Below, one piece after another: positions 27,210-38,135 of a stretch of DNA of 64,000 nucleotides; position 1 is the stretch's first letter, and every line of letters starts with the position of its first letter. Position numbers and translations under genes: made by a program. The stretch lies in NCBI GenBank assembly GCA_963715985.1, contig CAVQSP010000020.1, forward strand, positions 96,001 through 160,000. Reading direction: 5' to 3'. A model generated the notes under the pieces. That model had not been told where the DNA came from and made no database searches. It saw only the letters and a program-made list of their open reading frames with translations. This stretch comes from an uncultured Thermoleophilia bacterium (GTDB taxonomy: Bacteria > Actinomycetota > Thermoleophilia > UBA2241).

Positions 27210-29849
27210 TCACGACCCGAGCAGCTCACCCAGCTTGGCGAGGCCGGCGTCGAGGGCGGCAGGGATGCCGTCCACCAGCGGGCCACCGCCGCGGGCCAGC
27301 GTGGGCTTGCCGCCGCCCTTGCCGTCCACAGCCGGCATCATGGCGCGCAGGACGTCGCTGGCGTGCGCGCCCCGGCCCACGGCCGCGTCCGGCGCCGTGA
27401 CCACGGCGGCCACGCGGCCGTCCACCGCGCTCGCGAGCAGGAGCACGGCGCCCGGCTCGCGAGCGCGGATCTCGTCGGCCAGCGCGAGCAGTTCGTCGGC
27501 GGCGTCCACCTGCGGCGACGCCGCCACCACCTTCAGGCCGGCCACCTCGCGGGCGCCGCCGAGGAGCTCGCCGGCAAGGTCGCGGCGTTCACCGCTCTCC
27601 GCCGCCTTGAGCTTCTGCTGGAGCTCGGCCACCTGCGCGGACAACCTGGCCACGGAGGCCGGCACGCGGTCGCCGCCGACGCCGAGCTCGGCGGCCACGG
27701 CGTTCCAGGCGCCCTCGAGGTCGCGGTAGTGCTGGATCGCGGCGGCCGAGGTGATGGCCTCGATGCGGCGGGTGTTGGCGCCCACAGACTGGCTGGACGT
27801 GATCTTGAACAGGCCGATCTGCGACGTGGACGAGACGTGGGTGCCGCCACAGAGCTCGCGGCTGAAGTCGTCGATCTCGAGGACGCGCACGAACTCGCCG
27901 TACTTCTCCTCGAACTGCCCGATGGCGCCGATCTCGGACGCGTACTCGCGGGTGGTCACGAACGGGCGCACCGAATGGTTCTCCACGATGCGCCGGTTGA
28001 CCAGCTCCTCCGCCTGCTGCAGCTGGTCGGCGGTGGGAGCGCTGCGCACGCTGAAGTCGAAGCGGAGACGCTCGGGCCGTACCAGTGAGCCGGCCTGGCG
28101 CACGTTCTCGCCGAGCGCGATGCGCAGGGCGTTGTGCAGAAGATGCGTGGCCGTGTGGTTGCAGGCCGTCTGGTGGCGACGCACAGCGTTGACCATGGCC
28201 TTGGCGCGCTCCCCGACCTGCACGGTGCCCTCGACGACCCGTGCGACGACGACCTGGTCGTTCTCGAAGCGCACCACGTCCTCGAGCTCGAGCTTGCCGC
28301 CGTCCGTGTGGATCCAGCCGCCGTCGGCCACCTGGCCGCCGCCCTCAGCGTAGAAGGGAGACTCCGCGAGCTTGACGGCGACGCGCCCGTCGGACAGCTC
28401 GCGGCAGGCGCGCACCACGGTGAAGACCTCGAGACGCTCGTAGCCGACGAAGGACACGGCGAGGTCGGTGTGCTCGCGCTGGAACTCCTCGAGCTCGCCG
28501 GGGCCGCCGTCGAAGGCGCCCGCCTTCTGGGCGGCGCGGGCGCGCTCCCGCTGCTCCTCCATGAGGTGCTCGAAGCGCTCCTCGTCCACACTCATGTCCC
28601 ACTCGGCGGCGATCTCGCGCGTGAGGTCGAACGGGAAGCCATAGGTGTCGTGAAGCTCGAAGGCGACCTCGGCCGGCAGCTCCGCGCCGGCGTCGCGGGC
28701 GCGGCGGAGGGCCTCGTCGAGGATGCCCATGCCCTGCTGCAGCGTGTGACGGAAGCGGACCTCCTCGTCCCGGACCACGCGCTCGATGTCCTCGCGCGCC
28801 GCGACGAGTTGGGGGTAGGCCGGACCCATCATGTCGACGACCGCGGCGGCGAGCGTGGCCAGGAAGGGCTTCTCGACGCCGATGGCCACGCCCTGCTGCA
28901 CGGCCCGGCGAATGATGCGGCGCAACACGTAGTCGCGGCCGTCGTTGCCCGGCAGCACGCCGTCCATGACGAGGAAGGCGGCGCCCCTGGCGTGCTCGGC
29001 CATGGTGCGCAAGGCGCGGATGACGGCCGGCGAGGCCGCAGGCTGCACGCCGGCAAGCTCCGCGCCCTTGGCGACGAGCGGCACGAAGAGGTCGGTCTCG
29101 AACACGTTGGTGACGCCCTGGGTGAGCGCGGCGATGCGCTCGATGCCCATGCCGGTGTCGATGCTCGGCTTGGGCAGAGGCGTGAGGTCGCCGTGCTCGT
29201 TCATCTCGTACTGCACGAACACGAGGTTCCAGTACTCGAGGAAGCGGTCGCAGTCGCAACCCGGGGCGCACTCGGGATCGTCGCAGCCCATCTCGGGACC
29301 GTAGTCGTAGTAGAGCTCCGAGCAGGGCCCGCACGGCCCGGTGGGCCCGGCGGGCCCCCAGAAGTTGTCCTTGCGGCCGAGGCGGATGATGCGGTCGTCG
29401 GCGAAGCCGTGCGCCTTCCACAGCTCCACAGCCTCTTCATCGGCCGGCACCTGCTCGTCGCCGCCGTACACGCTGACCCAGATCTTGCCGCGGTCGAGGC
29501 CGAGCTGGTGAGAGAGGTCGAGGGCCCACGCGATCGCGTCGGTCTTGAAGTAGTCGCCGAACGAGAAGTTGCCGAGCATCTCGAAGAACGTGAGGTGGCG
29601 GGCGGTCTTGCCCACGTTCTCCACGTCCGAGGTACGGAAGCAGCGCTGGCACGTGGTCATGCGCGTCGCCGGCGGCGTCTCGACGCCGAGATAGTAGGGC
29701 TTGTACTGCTGCATGCCGGCGGTGGTGAACAGGACGCTGGCGTCGCCGGCGGGCACCAGGCTGGCCGGCTCGCCGGACAGGTGCCCCCGCTCGACGAAGA
29801 AGTCTCGGAAGAGGTCGCGTATGTCAGCAGCGTTCACGTGGGGCCTCAC
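27210..29849 (-). CDS. alaS: Alanine--tRNA ligase
   Basis: FTTAGM, HLTFFEMLGNFSFGDYFK, NHTATHL, ELCGGTH, KGGG. Confidence 0.98.
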   Translation of the reverse strand: MRPHVNAADIRDLFRDFFVERGHLSGEPASLVPAGDASVLFTTAGMQQYKPYYLGVETPPATRMTTCQRCFRTSDVENVGKTARHLTFFEMLGNFSFGDYFKTDAIAWALDLSHQLGLDRGKIWVSVYGGDEQVPADEEAVELWKAHGFADDRIIRLGRKDNFWGPAGPTGPCGPCSELYYDYGPEMGCDDPECAPGCDCDRFLEYWNLVFVQYEMNEHGDLTPLPKPSIDTGMGIERIAALTQGVTNVFETDLFVPLVAKGAELAGVQPAASPAVIRALRTMAEHARGAAFLVMDGVLPGNDGRDYVLRRIIRRAVQQGVAIGVEKPFLATLAAAVVDMMGPAYPQLVAAREDIERVVRDEEVRFRHTLQQGMGILDEALRRARDAGAELPAEVAFELHDTYGFPFDLTREIAAEWDMSVDEERFEHLMEEQRERARAAQKAGAFDGGPGELEEFQREHTDLAVSFVGYERLEVFTVVRACRELSDGRVAVKLAESPFYAEGGGQVADGGWIHTDGGKLELEDVVRFENDQVVVARVVEGTVQVGERAKAMVNAVRRHQTACNHTATHLLHNALRIALGENVRQAGSLVRPERLRFDFSVRSAPTADQLQQAEELVNRRIVENHSVRPFVTTREYASEIGAIGQFEEKYGEFVRVLEIDDFSRELCGGTHVSSTSQIGLFKITSSQSVGANTRRIEAITSAAAIQHYRDLEGAWNAVAAELGVGGDRVPASVARLSAQVAELQQKLKAAESGERRDLAGELLGGAREVAGLKVVAASPQVDAADELLALADEIRAREPGAVLLLASAVDGRVAAVVTAPDAAVGRGAHASDVLRAMMPAVDGKGGGKPTLARGGGPLVDGIPAALDAGLAKLGELLGS

Positions 29850-29869
29850 GGGGTCTCGGGATGATCGGT

Positions 29870-30814
29870 CTACCGGTCGTCGGTGGCGCGCATGATGCGG
29901 GGAGTGTCGAGGTCCCCGATCTCCTCGCGCAGCTTCTCGAGCGAGCGCCTGATGAGGCGCGACACATGCATCTGGGAGATCCCGACACGCTCGGCGATCT
30001 GGCTCTGCGTGAGGCCTTCGAAGAACCGCAGGTGCAGGATGTACCGCTCGCGCTTGTCGAGCTTGGCGAAGCCCGGAGCCAGCGTGGTGCGGTCTTCCAT
30101 GGTGTCGTAGGCCTCTTCGTCGCCGCCGAGGTAGTCGATGAGCCCGGCGTCCTCCTCCCCGCCCTCGCCGTTGGGCGAGGCCTGCAGGGACACGGAGTTG
30201 TACGCCTGGCTCGTCTCGAGCGCCTCGAGGACTTCCTCCGGGGTGGCGTTGGCCGCCTCGGCGAGCTCGCTGATGGTGGGCGAGCGCTGCAGCTTGGGCA
30301 CGAGCTCGTCGATCACCTTGTTGAGGCGGATGTTGAGCTCCTGCAGGCCGCGCGGTACGCGCACCGACCAGCCCTTGTCGCGGAAGTAGCGCTTGATCTC
30401 GCCGACGATGTTGGGGGTTGCGTAGGTGGTGAGCTCCACACCGCGGCTGAGGTCGAAGCGGTCGATGGCCTTGATGAGGCCGATGGCGCCCACCTGGACC
30501 AGATCGTCGAAGTGCTCGCCGCGCGACGCATACCGGCGCGCCAGAGAGCGCACCAGCGGCAGGTACATGGTGATGAGCTGCTGGCGAGCCTCCAGGGCGC
30601 GCTTGCGCTCAAGCGGATCGTCGCTGTCCTTGCCGTTGTGGTAGACCTTGAGGAGGTACTGGTCGAGCTTCTCCGACTCGTCGCGGCCTCGCGGCGGCGC
30701 CGCGTGGCCGTGCTCGTCGGGGAGGTCGTCGTCCTCGTCGCCGATGCGAGGCTGCCCGGGAGGTGCCTCCAGATCGAGCGGGTCGTTGACCCGGCGGTCT
30801 TCCCTGCCGCTCAT
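29870..30814 (-). CDS. SigB/SigF-family stress sigma factor
   Basis: DDLVQVG.IGLIKAIDRFD, GEIKRYFRDKGWSVRVPR, SQMHVSRL. Confidence 0.95.
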   Translation of the reverse strand: MSGREDRRVNDPLDLEAPPGQPRIGDEDDDLPDEHGHAAPPRGRDESEKLDQYLLKVYHNGKDSDDPLERKRALEARQQLITMYLPLVRSLARRYASRGEHFDDLVQVGAIGLIKAIDRFDLSRGVELTTYATPNIVGEIKRYFRDKGWSVRVPRGLQELNIRLNKVIDELVPKLQRSPTISELAEAANATPEEVLEALETSQAYNSVSLQASPNGEGGEEDAGLIDYLGGDEEAYDTMEDRTTLAPGFAKLDKRERYILHLRFFEGLTQSQIAERVGISQMHVSRLIRRSLEKLREEIGDLDTPRIMRATDDR

Positions 30815-31203
30815 GCGCTGCCTTCGCCGCGGCGCTTCACCAGCACGACGCGGTAGGCGTCACCGGTATCTTCGAGCGTGACCTCGTCCACGGTGCTGGC
30901 GAGAAGCTGGCAGAGGTCGAGACACGCCTCTTCGTGCATGGTCACCTCGCTGCGAAGACGGGTGGAGCGAAACGCCCCCGCGACGAAGCGCAGCGCGCCC
31001 TCGTCGACCTCGACGTCCACTGTGAGGCGGTCGAGCGCATCGTCGGCGAGCGCAGTGCGCAGCAGCTCGCCGGTGGCGAGGTACAGATCGTCGAGGTCGT
31101 CCAGCGAGAAGTCCAGGCGCACACCGAGACCGCCCATCACCATGCGCAGCGTGGAGATGGCGTTCAGGGTGGCCGGCATCTCGAGGCTGATCCTCTCGGC
31201 CAT
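30811..31203 (-). CDS. RsbW-like anti-sigma factor (degenerate HATPase)
   Basis: DFSLDDLDDLYLA.GE, L...VDEV; stop overlaps sigma start. Confidence 0.75.
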   Translation of the reverse strand: MAERISLEMPATLNAISTLRMVMGGLGVRLDFSLDDLDDLYLATGELLRTALADDALDRLTVDVEVDEGALRFVAGAFRSTRLRSEVTMHEEACLDLCQLLASTVDEVTLEDTGDAYRVVLVKRRGEGSA

Positions 31204-31211
31204 GCGTCGCC

Positions 31212-31490
31212 TCAGGCGCCCGGAGTGGCCGGAGCGGCGGCGTTCTCGACGACCGCCTCAAGCTGGCCGGTGATCTGCGTGTCGCGGTCGCGGGCCGCGG
31301 CCTTGCCGTCCTCGAGGGCCTGCGTGGCTCGCCGGCCGGCGTCGCTCGCCCAGCGCTGCGCGTCACCCGGCAACTGCTTGATGATGTCGAGGTAGCTCTC
31401 GCCGGTACGCGCGCGGCGTCGGTGCACGTAGTAGGCGAGCGCCGCTCCCGCGGCGATGCCGCCCACGATGAGTCTGTTCGGGAGACCCAT
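31212..31490 (-). CDS. YtxH-like general stress protein
   Basis: GGIAAGAALAY TM segment plus amphipathic helix; follows DUF948 gene. Confidence 0.55.
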   Translation of the reverse strand: MGLPNRLIVGGIAAGAALAYYVHRRRARTGESYLDIIKQLPGDAQRWASDAGRRATQALEDGKAAARDRDTQITGQLEAVVENAAAPATPGA

Positions 31491-31494
31491 GACG

Positions 31495-32253
31495 TCAGTC
31501 CTTGCCGGCGGAGTCGACGGTGTCCTTGAGGGCGTCGGCGGCTCCCTTGGCTGCGTCGGCAGCGCCAGCCGCCGCGTCACCGGCCTTGGCCGCGACGTCG
31601 CCGGCCGCATCGGCAGCCGTCCCGGCCGCGTCGCTCGTCACGTCCGCGACCTCGCCGGCCGCGTCCGCGGTCGCATCGGCGGCCTTGCGCATCATGTCTT
31701 CGGCCGCAGCGAAAGCCTCGGCGGAGCTCGGCGTGGCATCCGTAGCGCCTGCCGATGTCTCTTCCGCGGCGGCCTCCGCCGCCTCAGCGGCGGCGTAGCT
31801 CCAGCCGTCGGCAGGCGTGGCGCCGGGCGCCGCAGCGCCGCCGCCCCAGTCCGCCGACTCAGGGCCCTTGTCGCGGCGCATGAAGCTGGACACGGCCGAC
31901 TGCACACCGGCGGTGAACGCGGCGGCCTTACGTGCCGGCGTGGTCACAGCGCCCTCGACTGCGTTGGCCATGGTGTCGATCTTGTCGGTGATGCCGGCCA
32001 CGTCCTTCGTGATCTCGTCCACGTTGGTGAGGTTGGCGTTGACGCCGTCCAGCGTCTCGCCGGCCTTCTGCATGAGCGGGATGCCGTTCTCATCCACGTC
32101 CACGAGCACCTTGTCCAGGCGCTCCAGCGTCTTGGCCGCCTTGAACAGCACGTATGCCAAGGCGATGGCAACGAGCACGAAGAAGAACGCGGCGGAATAG
32201 CGCAGCACGAGTGACGCTGTGCTCGTCGAAGCCGCCACGAGCGTGATATCCAT
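31495..32253 (-). CDS. DUF948 (YtxG-like) protein with Ala/Asp-rich repeat tail
   Basis: TM helix, P.MQKA.ETLD.VN..L..VD.IT coiled coil. Confidence 0.7.
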   Translation of the reverse strand: MDITLVAASTSTASLVLRYSAAFFFVLVAIALAYVLFKAAKTLERLDKVLVDVDENGIPLMQKAGETLDGVNANLTNVDEITKDVAGITDKIDTMANAVEGAVTTPARKAAAFTAGVQSAVSSFMRRDKGPESADWGGGAAAPGATPADGWSYAAAEAAEAAAEETSAGATDATPSSAEAFAAAEDMMRKAADATADAAGEVADVTSDAAGTAADAAGDVAAKAGDAAAGAADAAKGAADALKDTVDSAGKD

Positions 32254-32363
32254 GCACGTCTCCTTCCGATGATGGTGAACCCCGCAAACGCGCGAAGCGT
32301 ATCATACCGCGTTTCCGGTTCAGGCTCGCCGAAGCGCCCACCTCAGGGCAGCGGCGGCGCCGG

Positions 32364-33410
32364 TCAGGTGCCTGCTGCGACGACGCCACCACCCACCACG
32401 ACGTCGTCGCGGTAGAAGACCGCCGACTGGCCCGGGGCGACGCCGTCGAAGCCGTACCTCAGACGCACGCCCAGGCGCCCGCCCGGCAGCTGCTCGAGCG
32501 CCTCGACGGCCACGGCAGGCGAACGGTAGCGCAGTTGCACCTGCGACCCGGCGCCGTCCCCAAGCCCGCGGTCGACGACGTCACGGAGCACGAGGCGGCG
32601 CCGCGTCAGGCGCGGCGCGCGGCCCGGCGACCACCTCGTTGCGAGCCGCGTCCACACGAAGCACGAACCAGGGGCCGCCGGCCGAGATGCCGAGACCCCG
32701 GCGCTGCCCGACAGTGTACCTCCAGTGACCCAGGTGACGGCCGATGACCCGGCCACTCTCATCAACGATGTCCCCGGGCACGGCCGTCACGCCGCGAGCG
32801 TCGAGAAAGCGCCGGTACCCGTCCACGGCGAAGCACACCTCCTGGCTCTCGGGCTCGGCCGCGGCGGCCAGTCCCGCCGCCTCCGCGGTCGCGCGCGTCT
32901 GCGCCTTGGTGGAGCCGCCCAACGGGAACTCGAGCCGCGCGAGCACGTCCGGCGGCACCGCCCACAGCATGTACGACTGGTCCTTGGCGGGGTCGGCGCC
33001 GCGGGCCACGAACGGCTCGCCGTCGCGCCACACGAGGCGCGCGTAGTGGCCCGTGGCTACGCGCGCCAGGCCCAGCTCGTCGGCGAGGCCGACGAGTGCC
33101 GCCAGGCGCGACGGATTGCAGGCGACGCACGGATTGGGCGTCTCGCCGGCCAGGTAGGCGGAGATGAACGGCGCGACCACCTCGCGCTCGAACTCGGCCT
33201 CGCGGTCGAGCACGTGGTGCGGCACGCCGAACCACTCCGCCGTGCCGCGCGCACGCTGAAGGGCGCCGGGCGAGCAGCAGCTGCGCCGGTCGGTGCCCGG
33301 CCACAGGCGCACTGTGGCCGTCTCGACGGTGCGTCCCTGTTCTATGAGTTCCAGCAGCGCGACGGCGCTGTCCACACCCCCGCTCAGTGCGACGAGTGCT
33401 CGTGCTCTTT
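32364..33410 (-). CDS. mnmA: tRNA 2-thiouridine synthase MnmA (no own start codon; extra frameshift near 32600)
   Basis: LSGGVDS, SCCS, TPNPCVACN, ATGHY, KDQSY, ESQEVCF, TVGQRRG, APGQSAVFY. Confidence 0.93.
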
Positions 33411-33815
33411 TGGGAGTGCCTTCAGGATCCGCGCCACATCGTCCTCGCGGCCGACCTTGACCAGGTAGTCCTGGATCGCCAGGTGCAGCGCGTCGGCGGC
33501 GAGGTTGGAGCAGTGCATCTTGTTCGGGGGCAGACCGCCCAGCGCCTCGGCCACGGCCTTGTTCGAGAGGTCGGCGGCCTCCTCCAGCGTCTTCCCCATG
33601 ACCATCTCGGTGACCATGCTGGAGGTGGCCACGGCGGCGCCGCAGCCGAAGGTCTTGAACTTGATGTCGGCGATGCGGTCGTCCGCCACGGCGATGCTGA
33701 TGCGCATCACGTCGCCGCACACGGGGTTGCCGATCTGCCCGACGCCGTCCGCGTCCTCGATCTCACCGACGTTGCGGGGGTTGCTGAAATGGTCCATGAC
33801 CAGGTCGGTGTACAT
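33384..33815 (-). CDS. iscU: Fe-S scaffold IscU/NifU-N
   Basis: DHFSNPRNVG, NPVCGD, FGCG, KMHCS. Confidence 0.95.
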   Translation of the reverse strand: MYTDLVMDHFSNPRNVGEIEDADGVGQIGNPVCGDVMRISIAVADDRIADIKFKTFGCGAAVATSSMVTEMVMGKTLEEAADLSNKAVAEALGGLPPNKMHCSNLAADALHLAIQDYLVKVGREDDVARILKALPKEHEHSSH

Positions 33816-33818
33816 TCC

Positions 33819-34976
33819 TCAGCCTTTCACGTAGAGCGGGCTCATGTTGCGCAGCTTCTCGACGATGGATGGGAAGACCTCGAGGAAGGCGTCGGCCTCC
33901 TCGGGCGTGTTCTCGCGACCCAGGCTGAGGCGCATGCTGCCGTGCGCCTCTTCGGCTCCCAGGCCGAGCGCAAGGATGACGTGCGACGGTTCGAGCGAGC
34001 CCGAGGCGCAGGCCGAGCCGCTCGACACCATGAAGCCGTGGGCGTCCAGCTGCAGCAGCATGGACTCGCCCTCGATGTAGCGCACGGTGAACGACACGTT
34101 GCCGGGCAGCCTCATCGTGGGGTGGCCAAGATAGCGTACCTCAGGGATCGCCTCCATCACGCCCGCCGCGAGACGATCGCGGAGCGCCTCCACGCGCGGC
34201 CGTGTGACGTCCATCTCCCGCACGGCGAGCTCGAGCGCGGCGCCCAGACCGACGATGCCGGGCACGTTCTCCGTGCCGGAACGCAGCCGGCGCTCGTGGC
34301 CGCCACCGTGGAGCAGGGGAGCCAGGCGCGTGCCGCGCTTCACGTACAGCGCGCCGATGCCCTTGGGCCCGTACAGCTTGTGACCGGACAGGGTGAGCAT
34401 GTCCACGCCGAGCTCGCCGACGTCCACGGGCAGCGAGCCCACCGCCTGCACGGCGTCGGTGTGGAAGACGGCGCCGTGCTCGTGCGCGATGCGCGCCAGC
34501 TCAGCGACCGGCTGCAGCGTGCCGATCACGTTGTTGGCGAACATCACGGACGCCAGCCTCGTGTCGTCGCGGAAGGCGCGATCGTACGCCTCCACGTCGA
34601 CGACGCCGTCTCCGTCCACGGGCACGAAGTCCACAGCCCAGCCGAGCCGGTTCAGGGCGCGCGCCGCCTCCATCACCGCGGGGTGTTCCACGGCGCTGAT
34701 GATGAAGTGACCGGGCTCGAAGCGCTGCAGGTACCCGAACAGGGCGAGATTGTCGCCCTCGGTGCCGCCGGAGGTGAAGACGATCTCGCGCTCGCCGGCG
34801 CCGAGCGCCGCGGCGACGCGCACGCGCGCCTGCTCGACGGCGGCACGCGCCTCACGGCCCAGCCTGTGCAGTTCGGACGGGTTGCCGTAGCGCTCCACGA
34901 AGTACGGAAGCATCTCATCCAGGACCCTCGCGTCGACCGGAGTCGTGGCGGCATGGTCGAAGTACACGCTCGTCAT
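33819..34976 (-). CDS. iscS: Cysteine desulfurase IscS/NifS
   Basis: YFDHAATTP, FTSGGTE, SGHKLYGPKG, SSGSACAS. Confidence 0.96.
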   Translation of the reverse strand: MTSVYFDHAATTPVDARVLDEMLPYFVERYGNPSELHRLGREARAAVEQARVRVAAALGAGEREIVFTSGGTEGDNLALFGYLQRFEPGHFIISAVEHPAVMEAARALNRLGWAVDFVPVDGDGVVDVEAYDRAFRDDTRLASVMFANNVIGTLQPVAELARIAHEHGAVFHTDAVQAVGSLPVDVGELGVDMLTLSGHKLYGPKGIGALYVKRGTRLAPLLHGGGHERRLRSGTENVPGIVGLGAALELAVREMDVTRPRVEALRDRLAAGVMEAIPEVRYLGHPTMRLPGNVSFTVRYIEGESMLLQLDAHGFMVSSGSACASGSLEPSHVILALGLGAEEAHGSMRLSLGRENTPEEADAFLEVFPSIVEKLRNMSPLYVKG

Positions 34977-35386
34977 CGCGGCACAGCCTCCCTTGTGAGG
35001 TCTTCCAGTGTGATGGAGTTGAGGGCGCCGGTGATGGCGCTGTCCAGCCGGCGCCACACCACGCGGGAGGCGCACGACTCGGCGCGCTCGCAGCCGCCGT
35101 CGTCGGGCACGCAGCCCACCAGCGTAAGGGGTCCTTCGAGAGCGGTCACCACATCTCCCACGGCGATGGCGCCGGGTTCGCGACCGAGCTGGTACCCTCC
35201 GCTCACTCCCCTCGTGGCCTTGACCAGGCCACTCTCGCGCAGGCGCGCGAGGATGCGCTCGAGGAAGGGCGCCGGGATGCCCTCGCCGGCGGCTATCTCA
35301 GGCAGCGGGACCGGGCGGTCATCGCCCCGCCCGGCCAGGTACACCATGGCCCGCAACCCGTATTCGCAGCGTGAGGAGATGCGCAC
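34973..35386 (-). CDS. Rrf2 family regulator (IscR-like, three C-terminal Cys)
   Basis: EYGLRAM, FLERIL..L, RG..GGY, C-x6-C-x5-C. Confidence 0.9.
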   Translation of the reverse strand: MRISSRCEYGLRAMVYLAGRGDDRPVPLPEIAAGEGIPAPFLERILARLRESGLVKATRGVSGGYQLGREPGAIAVGDVVTALEGPLTLVGCVPDDGGCERAESCASRVVWRRLDSAITGALNSITLEDLTREAVPR

Positions 35387-35405
35387 TGCCCGTCCCCGTC
35401 GCAGA

Positions 35406-35458
35406 AATCCCAACCGAACTGGTCGGCATTATCGTACCACGAGCACAAGGCGGGTCAA
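35406..35458 (-). promoter_or_regulatory. Sigma70 promoter with adjacent IscR-type operator
   Basis: TTGACC-N16-TACGAT followed by imperfect palindrome AATGCCGACC-AGTTC-GGTTGGGATT. Confidence 0.7.
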
Positions 35459-35502
35459 ACAGGCTGGTGAACGCAGAGAAGGAGGCGGTGGAGCGGCGCG
35501 GC

Positions 35503-36043
35503 TCAGAGACCGCGCGAGGCGTTGAAGATGACCTGCTCCATGACCTTGCGGCCGATCCAGCCCGTGTAGAGCTGTGCCACTTCACCCGTGCCGCGGATGA
35601 CGGCCAGAATGGGCGGGTTGTTGACACGCAGCTGGTCGAGGGTGTTGCCGAGCTCGGTGACCTTGCGTGCCTCGAAGTCCATGAACGACGTGTCCGCGGC
35701 GTACTGGGCCTTGACGGCGTTGAACGAGTCGAGCATCTCCATGTCGTCGGCAGCGCCGTCGACGTACACCAGCAGCACGATGCCGCGCTGCTCCTCGAGG
35801 CGGCTCTTGATGAAGTCCGGCAGCTCGGGGTCGTCCACGTTGAGCGTGAGCGGCGCGTAGCCGGTCATGCCGTAGCTGCTGACCGTGTTGTACGAGGCGG
35901 GAGCGGGTAGCGCGGCCGGGGCGGCCGGGTTGGAGGCGGCGAGGACTCGCACCGCGACCACGCCGCCGAACAGCGCGGCTCCGACCGCCACGATCAGCAC
36001 CGCGGTGAGCAGGAACGCCTTGTTCCTCTTCAGGATCCCCATG
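35503..36043 (-). CDS. Membrane-anchored hypothetical protein, thioredoxin-like fold without CxxC
   Basis: RBS GGAGG then MGILKRNK; TM helix; cis-Pro-like NPPILAVI..G. Confidence 0.6.
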
Positions 36044-36060
36044 CCCAGCCTCCGAAGAAA

Positions 36061-36209
36061 GGCTCCACCTTGCCGTGCTCGCTTTATTCTCGAACCTGCT
36101 CTCGCAGGTGGGTGCTCTCCCGGCACATCCACAGATGGTCCGAAGTGCGAGCTCCCGATGTGTTCGTGTTGGCTCGAGAATGCCACGAGGTCACGAACAA
36201 GGTCGAGCC
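36061..36209 (-). ncRNA. ssrS: 6S RNA
   Basis: Terminal stem GGCTCGACCTTG/CAAGGTGGAGCC; CGGGAGC, GCACCCACCTGCGAGAGCAGGTTC, CACGGCA motifs; downstream of aspS; upstream TTGTTG-N17-TAGGAT. Confidence 0.85.
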
Positions 36210-36245
36210 GCGCCATCCTAGCAAACGTCCACTGTTTCAACAAAC

Positions 36246-36272
36246 GTGTCGGCACCCCTGCGTAAAACTTGA
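36246..36272 (-). promoter_or_regulatory. Sigma28-type promoter upstream of 6S RNA / hypothetical gene
   Basis: TCAA-N15-GCCGACAC. Confidence 0.55.
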
Positions 36273-36372
36273 GGGCGAACCGCTGCCGGAAGCGGCGACG
36301 GAGGTGGGAAGCGATGGGGGGTCAGGCCGTCGGCGGCCCTGAATGGGCCGCGGGGCGCGAGTGGGCCGCGGC

Positions 36373-38134
<1,762 letters not shown>

Positions 38135-38135
<1 letters not shown>

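Noticed and set aside
33382-33387. CTG start for mnmA overlapping the iscU stop
   Set aside because: Would remove the beta strand before the SGGVDS loop, and no RBS precedes it
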